Assembly: GCA_048885525.1 (NCBI GenBank)
Contig: JBHLLP010000023.1
Coordinates: forward strand, 1-54,933
Source: Candidatus Hermodarchaeota archaeon
GTDB lineage: Archaea; Asgardarchaeota; Lokiarchaeia; Sigyniarchaeales; SOKP01
Reading direction: 5' to 3'
DNA length: 54,933 bases
Shown: positions 49,357 through 54,933 of the stretch, one piece after another
Position numbering within the stretch: position 1 is the stretch's first letter
Layout of the letters: each line of letters starts with the position of its first letter
The notes under the pieces: model-generated
Databases searched by the model: none
Told to the model about the DNA's origin: nothing
The model's input: the letters and a program-made list of their open reading frames with translations, nothing else
Position numbers and translations under genes: made by a program

Positions 49357-52300
49357 TTAAATTTTTTCTTTTAATTTAAGTCTTGGAGCAAGTCCTAAGC
49401 TCATCATTTCTTGCAGTAATAATTTAAACGCGTATGAACAAACAACCTTTGAAATAATAGTTCCTTCTCCACATACTGGACAATAACGTTTGTCTCTATT
49501 TCTATCATAGACTGCTAAAAGCCCACATTTTTCACAAACTAAGATTACCGTTCGATCAGATTCATCTAATAATCGCTCTTTTAATAATAATGCTGAACCA
49601 TGACCAACTAAACAATCTCTTTCCATTTCTCCGAATCGTAAACCTCCCTCACGAGCGCGACCTTCTGTAGGTTGTCTCGTTAATATTTGCACGGGCCCTC
49701 TTGCTCTAGCATGAAGTTTATCTGCTACTAGATGATATAATTTTTGGTAATAAATTGGTGCACAATAGATCCCCGCTTCATATTTTTCTCCAGTAATGCC
49801 ATTATACATTACTTCTCTTCCGTTAAATTCAAATCCTGCATCTACTAATTGCTCTTGAAGTTTTGTAATATCTGTCCACTCGAATGCTGTTGCATCTCCT
49901 AATTTTCCAGTCGTACATGCAATTTTTCCACTTATCCCTTCAAAGAGTTGTCCTAAAGTCATTCTTGATGGCATCGCATGAGGATTTACAATAATATCTG
50001 GTATTACTCCAGAAGCAGTATAGGGCATATCTGCTTGATCAACAACCAGTCCTAATACGCCTTTTTGACCATGTCGAGATGAGAACTTATCTCCTAATTC
50101 TGGGATTCTTAAATCTCTAACTTTTATTTTAACCAATTTATTTCCATCCACAGTTTCTGAAATAATCACCGTATCTACTATTCCTTGTTCATTATGACGC
50201 ATATTTTTTGAAGTTTCACGTCTATTTGGTTGCATAAGCTCAAATTCTTCGTATGATTTTATAAATCTAGGTGGAGATGTTCTTCCTATTAATACATCTC
50301 CTCCATTAACTTGTGTCTCGGGTTCTATTATTCCATCTACCTCAGATAATAATCTATAAGATTCAGCTGATTTGAAACCCCTTACTCCTCTTTCTGGAAT
50401 TTCAAATTTATCAACCTCTCCACCAGGATATTTTCTTTCCTCTGCATCATATGTTCTGAAAAAATGACTACGAGCAATTCCTCTCTCAATTGATGCTTTA
50501 TTGATTATAATCGCATCTTCTATATTGAATCCCTCGAAACTCATCATTGCGATGATAAAATTTTGTCCAGCTGGTCTCTTGTTTATACCAATGATTTCCA
50601 TTGGACTAGTTTTTACTAATGGTTGTTGAGGATAATGTAATGTATGTCCTCTTGTGTCTAATCTTAAATGCATATTAGCTGCAAATAAACCTAATGCCTG
50701 TTTTACCATTCCTGCCTCATATGTATTTCTAGGAGATTGATTATGTTCTGGAAAAGGAATGATAGAAGCACATATTCCCAAGATAGCCGCAGGAGATATC
50801 TCTAAATGAGTATGTTCTCCAGTAATATCCTCTTCAAACATAGCAATATACGCATTTTCTTCTTCTTCGGCATCTAAATACTCAATTACACCCTTTTGGA
50901 CTAAATCAGACCAAATAAATTTCTTTTGTTTTAACTTTTCAATATCTTCTTTTGAAACGAGTAAGTTTTTATTTCTCAAAACAAATAAAGGTCTAGTTGC
51001 TCTTCCAGCATCACAATTAATCTGAATTTCTTTAGAGTCATGATAATATCCTATATTCACATGTTGCCCAATCTCTCCCTTTCTCCGTTTTTCTCTGAGT
51101 TGACGTATAAAAGGATTATATTGTTGATGTATACCTACTAATTTCCCATTTAGAAAGACTTTTACTTTCTCTCCTCTTACATTTTTAACTTCATTTATAG
51201 GAATAACTCCTAGGTCAATTAAAATATTTTCAATAATTCTTTCATCAGTTCCTACAGATATTATTGAAGCTAATCCAAGATTCTTAACTAACCCACAATT
51301 TGGACCCTCGGGAGTTTCTGCAGGACAAATTTTCCCCCATTGAGTTGGGTGTAAATCTCTAGCCTCAAAATGTGGTTGACTACGGCTTAAAGGCGATATT
51401 ACTCTTCTCAAATGGCTTAATGTGCCAACATGATTAGTTCTATTTAAAAGTTGGCTAACCCCTGCTTTTCCTCCAACCCAATTACCAGTTGCTAATGCGT
51501 GTCTAATCCTTTCCGTTATTACATCTGCTCTTACAGCAGTTTTTATATTCGGAGCTCTTCCTCGAACAGCAGTTCTTTCCAATTGGTATTTAATATCTTT
51601 AACGAGATTTAGAAATGCTACTCTAAATAATGAAGTGAATAATTCACCAGCTAATTTTAACCTTTTATTAGCATAATGATCTTTGTCATCTGGCTCCCTT
51701 AATCCTAGAGCAAGTTCCATTACTTTTTGTGCCATTTGCCCTAAATAGTATGCTTTTTTTATTCTATCTTCTTCTGCATTCCCTATATGTGGTAAAAGAT
51801 ATCGATCTAATACTTGAAGTGCTCTCCTAATACGATAATCTTTTGTTTGTCCTATAGCTACTCTTTTTCCTATATAATCAAGGGCATTTTGCTGTGATTT
51901 TTCGGGATCCTTTAGTACTTGGATTTCAGAGGCAACATCTATTACAGGAATTAATTCTTTTTGGATTTCGTCATTTTCGGATATTGCTTCGAAAATTTCT
52001 CTATCAGAATGTAATCCTAAAGCGCGCATTAAGATTGCTAAAGGTATTTTTCCTGGAACTGATGGAAATGATACTCTGAGATTGCCATCCTTTTTCCGTT
52101 CGATTGTTACAGGAGCTCTAAAACCACTTCTAGTTGAAAAAACTTTCGCTTGATGAGTCGCACTAGAACTTCTACTAGCTTCTTCTGCAAGTATCCTATT
52201 TGGAGCAAGGTCTTCTTGAGTAACAAGAACCCGTTCTGTACCATTTATTATAAAATATCCTCCTGGGTCTAATGGATCCTCTCCTCTATTAATCAGCTCT

Positions 52301-52728
52301 TGTTCTGAGAGGCTTTCTAAAGGGCATCGACAACTCTTAAGCATTATTGGAATCTTTCCAATGTAAATATCTAAAGTTTCTTCAGCTTCTTCTCTCTGAG
52401 TTCGTTCATCAATAGTTATAGGGGTCATTTCTAACGTAATATCTGCGGCATAACTTAGTTCTCTAATTCTTGCTTCTATTGGACTAATTTCCATAGTAGC
52501 TCCATCAGCTTCTCTTACTTTTGGTACTCCAACATTAATTTTTCCAAATTTAATCTTAAATCCTGGTATATCAGGAATTACTTCACCAGATTCATCAACA
52601 ATAGTCTGCATTTCATATTCAATAAAATTATTGTATGAATCTAAATGCTGACGAACTAAACCCTTTTCATCAAATAAACTCTTTAAAATAATCCACTTAT
52701 CTTCATTTGATAACTTTTCAGAACTCAA
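49357..52728 (-). CDS. rpoB: DNA-directed RNA polymerase subunit B (Rpo2, unsplit)
   Basis: GGYFIINGTERV, ETPEGPNCGLVK, GDKFSSRHGQKG, GLRFGEMERD; TTG start. Confidence 0.99.
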   Translation of the reverse strand: MSSEKLSNEDKWIILKSLFDEKGLVRQHLDSYNNFIEYEMQTIVDESGEVIPDIPGFKIKFGKINVGVPKVREADGATMEISPIEARIRELSYAADITLEMTPITIDERTQREEAEETLDIYIGKIPIMLKSCRCPLESLSEQELINRGEDPLDPGGYFIINGTERVLVTQEDLAPNRILAEEASRSSSATHQAKVFSTRSGFRAPVTIERKKDGNLRVSFPSVPGKIPLAILMRALGLHSDREIFEAISENDEIQKELIPVIDVASEIQVLKDPEKSQQNALDYIGKRVAIGQTKDYRIRRALQVLDRYLLPHIGNAEEDRIKKAYYLGQMAQKVMELALGLREPDDKDHYANKRLKLAGELFTSLFRVAFLNLVKDIKYQLERTAVRGRAPNIKTAVRADVITERIRHALATGNWVGGKAGVSQLLNRTNHVGTLSHLRRVISPLSRSQPHFEARDLHPTQWGKICPAETPEGPNCGLVKNLGLASIISVGTDERIIENILIDLGVIPINEVKNVRGEKVKVFLNGKLVGIHQQYNPFIRQLREKRRKGEIGQHVNIGYYHDSKEIQINCDAGRATRPLFVLRNKNLLVSKEDIEKLKQKKFIWSDLVQKGVIEYLDAEEEENAYIAMFEEDITGEHTHLEISPAAILGICASIIPFPEHNQSPRNTYEAGMVKQALGLFAANMHLRLDTRGHTLHYPQQPLVKTSPMEIIGINKRPAGQNFIIAMMSFEGFNIEDAIIINKASIERGIARSHFFRTYDAEERKYPGGEVDKFEIPERGVRGFKSAESYRLLSEVDGIIEPETQVNGGDVLIGRTSPPRFIKSYEEFELMQPNRRETSKNMRHNEQGIVDTVIISETVDGNKLVKIKVRDLRIPELGDKFSSRHGQKGVLGLVVDQADMPYTASGVIPDIIVNPHAMPSRMTLGQLFEGISGKIACTTGKLGDATAFEWTDITKLQEQLVDAGFEFNGREVMYNGITGEKYEAGIYCAPIYYQKLYHLVADKLHARARGPVQILTRQPTEGRAREGGLRFGEMERDCLVGHGSALLLKERLLDESDRTVILVCEKCGLLAVYDRNRDKRYCPVCGEGTIISKVVCSYAFKLLLQEMMSLGLAPRLKLKEKI

Positions 52729-52774
52729 AATTCATTAAACCATACCATTTGTTATTTTTCATAAAAAGATAATA

Positions 52775-53032
52775 TTAAACTTTTTCTTTTTTTACATACC
52801 GATAATAATCTACAGATCTAACTGTTGTACTGGAATTACGAATTATTTTTACGATATCTCCCTCCTTTGCTCCAATAGCAATCGCAACTGGATCTTTTTC
52901 AAACATCTGTGGTAAATCATTTACATCAATCCGATATTTTTCTAAAAGATGTTGAGATTCTTCTTTAGTTAAGAGTAGATGTTTAGGAACAAATTTATGG
53001 AGTAAAACGTCTATCTGTTTCTTTTTAGTCAA
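52775..53032 (-). CDS. rpoH: DNA-directed RNA polymerase subunit H (Rpo5)
   Basis: HKFVPKH, LP....DPV, GDIVKIIR.S.T, YYRYV. Confidence 0.97.
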   Translation of the reverse strand: MTKKKQIDVLLHKFVPKHLLLTKEESQHLLEKYRIDVNDLPQMFEKDPVAIAIGAKEGDIVKIIRNSSTTVRSVDYYRYVKKEKV

Positions 53033-53146
53033 GGAAAAATCCTCACTTTTTACGAATTATAAATAATGAAGTAATACTATTCTAAAAAATTTTACCATTT
53101 TTTCATCATATTTCTCATAAGAGGCAAGGATCTTATTAAATTTTAT

Positions 53147-53776
53147 TTAATCAAAGCAATGAAAAACCCAATATCCGCTTCTTTTACATAAAATCTTAAT
53201 TTTCTCACGAGGATATGTTTCTTTAAAATAATTTAAAATGTAAGATGCCCCCATTTTTCTCTTTATTACAAATTGAAAAGAACCATTTTTTTTTAAATAT
53301 CTAGGGATCTCTGATAATAGCTTCAGGAAATCTTTCCTTCCTTGACGCATGGGAGGATTCATATAAATACCATCAAATTTCAAATTTTTTTTTTCAACAG
53401 GGTAGAAATAATTACCAGATAAAGCAAAAACATTTTTCCTTTCATTTGATAAATTTAGTTTAATATTCTCTTTAGCACACCAAATAGCTCTTTTGTTAAT
53501 ATCTAATAGATAAACAGAACTAAGAGGCGATTCATAAGCCAAGACAATTCCTATAGGGCCATAACCACATCCCAAATCAAGTAAAACACTGGCTTCTTTC
53601 GGAATATACATATGTTCTATAAAAATTTTGGTACCTAAGTCTAGCTTATTAAAAGAAAAAACTCCCGTAGTGGTTTTAAAAATATAGAGGTGTCTTCTTA
53701 AACTTACTGAAATATTATGAATTTGTACATTAACATCGGGAAATTTGCTATAATAATGATTCTTATTATTAGACAT
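53147..53776 (-). CDS. RsmC/YbxB-like small SAM-dependent methyltransferase
   Basis: HYYS, GVFS...LDLGT, LDLGCGYGPIG, NPP; ATG at 53776 (MSNNKNHYYS) preferred over the overlapping start at 53818. Confidence 0.9.
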   Translation of the reverse strand: MSNNKNHYYSKFPDVNVQIHNISVSLRRHLYIFKTTTGVFSFNKLDLGTKIFIEHMYIPKEASVLLDLGCGYGPIGIVLAYESPLSSVYLLDINKRAIWCAKENIKLNLSNERKNVFALSGNYFYPVEKKNLKFDGIYMNPPMRQGRKDFLKLLSEIPRYLKKNGSFQFVIKRKMGASYILNYFKETYPREKIKILCKRSGYWVFHCFD

Positions 53777-53804
53777 AACACAAAGTATATAATATTTAAA
53801 ATAC

Positions 53805-54809
53805 TTATTCTTTCTCACTCCAGCGTGGATAAGTTCCTCTCTCCATAAAAACTTTATTAGTTTTTACTAGTAAACCTGATTTTGCTCTGTACATTTGAAA
53901 TGCGTCTTTCATAGCAATACCAAATCCTATTAACTCTTTTTTTAATGTCATTAGAGCAACTAACATATTCAATTTTATTCTAGCATCAATATAACATATA
54001 CCGGCAGAAGCCAAATCTGCTCCATGACACAAAGCATCTACTGCTGTATCCCTAATATATATTTTTGGCAGATGGGACACCATCTTCTCCATTGGGAACA
54101 AAATTTTTTTCAAATAATAATCATTTCCCTCATTTTGATAAATTGTATAAGCATCCTTTAAATCTTGTAGTGATGTTAAATTATCATTTTCTTTAAAGTT
54201 ACCTACGCGTGTTCTTCTAAGTTCAAGCATATGTGCTCCAGAACAAAGAGCTTCTCCTAAATCAAAACAAAATTTCCTTACATATGTTCCTGCTTCACAT
54301 CCAATTCGAAATAGTATGTGATTATTATTGACTTCAATAACTTCAGTGTAATAAACTTCTCTTACACGTAATTTTCTTACAACAGAAGATTTTAATGGGG
54401 GTCTTTGATAGATCTTTCCAGTAAATAATTCAAAAATTTTTTCAATCCTTCTTCTTTTTTCTGGATTATGTAAATACATTACTCCTATATATTCTTTTCC
54501 AGCACTTAATAATGCTGACAACACTCGTGTTGCTCTTCCAAGAGCACATGGTAATATACCTGTAACTTTTGGATCGAGAGTTCCTCCATGACCTGCATTT
54601 GAAATACATAAAATTTTACGAACCCATGAAACTACTTCATGACTCGTTGGTCCACTTGGTTTATCAAGATTTATTACTCCATATTGTAAACATAATTCAA
54701 TATTTCTTTTTTCAGGTTCACATCCATAATTTGGGTCAGATATATCTTGGGATTTTACTAAAAGTTGCTCAGATTCATCAGAAGGTAATTTATATTCAAA
54801 TTTTTCCAT
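53805..54809 (-). CDS. cbf5: H/ACA RNA-guided pseudouridine synthase Cbf5 (TruB family)
   Basis: LDKPSGPTSHEV, GHGGTLDPKVTG, YQRPP, GTYVR, PUA domain. Confidence 0.97.
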   Translation of the reverse strand: MEKFEYKLPSDESEQLLVKSQDISDPNYGCEPEKRNIELCLQYGVINLDKPSGPTSHEVVSWVRKILCISNAGHGGTLDPKVTGILPCALGRATRVLSALLSAGKEYIGVMYLHNPEKRRRIEKIFELFTGKIYQRPPLKSSVVRKLRVREVYYTEVIEVNNNHILFRIGCEAGTYVRKFCFDLGEALCSGAHMLELRRTRVGNFKENDNLTSLQDLKDAYTIYQNEGNDYYLKKILFPMEKMVSHLPKIYIRDTAVDALCHGADLASAGICYIDARIKLNMLVALMTLKKELIGFGIAMKDAFQMYRAKSGLLVKTNKVFMERGTYPRWSEKE

Positions 54810-54933
54810 GCTAAATAATAGTGAAGGGAATTGTTAATTAATAATAAAGTTGAAGATCTCATAAATTTTACTTAATAAAAGTAACTTAAATAGATAGCAA
54901 ATATAAAAATTATAGTAAAAAATAGCGGGCTAT

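Noticed and set aside
7592-54814. Other short nested, antisense or alternate-frame ORFs (e.g. 7592, 8761, 8932, 9516, 9888, 10805, 11358, 11597, 15123, 20374, 22634, 24653, 25804, 27395, 28500, 32070, 32469, 34888, 35016, 37063, 37699, 38283, 38537, 39537, 39680, 40094, 41233, 42272, 42744, 48362, 51894, 54569)
   Set aside because: They overlap better-supported genes and show no protein motifs.
1-54933. tRNA/rRNA genes, transposases, integrases, reverse transcriptases, inteins
   Set aside because: None recognised; RpoB, NrdD and PAN have ordinary lengths and no intein motifs.

Overview
AT-rich archaeal chromosomal segment, very probably Asgard archaea (Lokiarchaeia-like). That assignment is an inference from four Ras/Rab-like small GTPases, a TPR-longin-like protein, beta-helix/WD40 surface proteins, unsplit Rpo2, and archaeal PAN, NAC, MBF1, TFE and Cbf5. 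The left ~31 kb is accessory and metabolic: acyl-CoA ligase, two geranylgeranyl-reductase-family enzymes, amidase, aldo/keto reductase, acetyltransferases and orphan membrane proteins. The right ~23 kb is core: ilvE, panB, mfnA, MazG-like, nrdD, nac, PUA, pan, mbf1, tfe, rpoB, rpoH, cbf5. I found no rRNA, tRNA, CRISPR array, transposase or integrase. The most unusual signals are non-coding. (1) Two paralogous beta-helix surface-protein genes share an ungapped 89-bp upstream block (75/89 identical) that runs into phased 21-bp tandem repeats. At one locus a 772-bp segment carrying an orphan membrane gene sits between duplicated terminal repeat units, like a cassette insertion. At the other locus the array separates a beta-helix-TM-WD40 receptor-like gene from a stand-alone 7TM gene. 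(2) Three unrelated orphan membrane genes share an ungapped 49-bp upstream module. (3) A hairpin-dense intergenic region lies at ~3990-4330. Also notable are a GTPase with all five RabF motifs and a long tail, a candidate Whirly-like ssDNA-binding protein, and a PaaI pseudogene. All calls come from manual motif recognition; no database searches were run.
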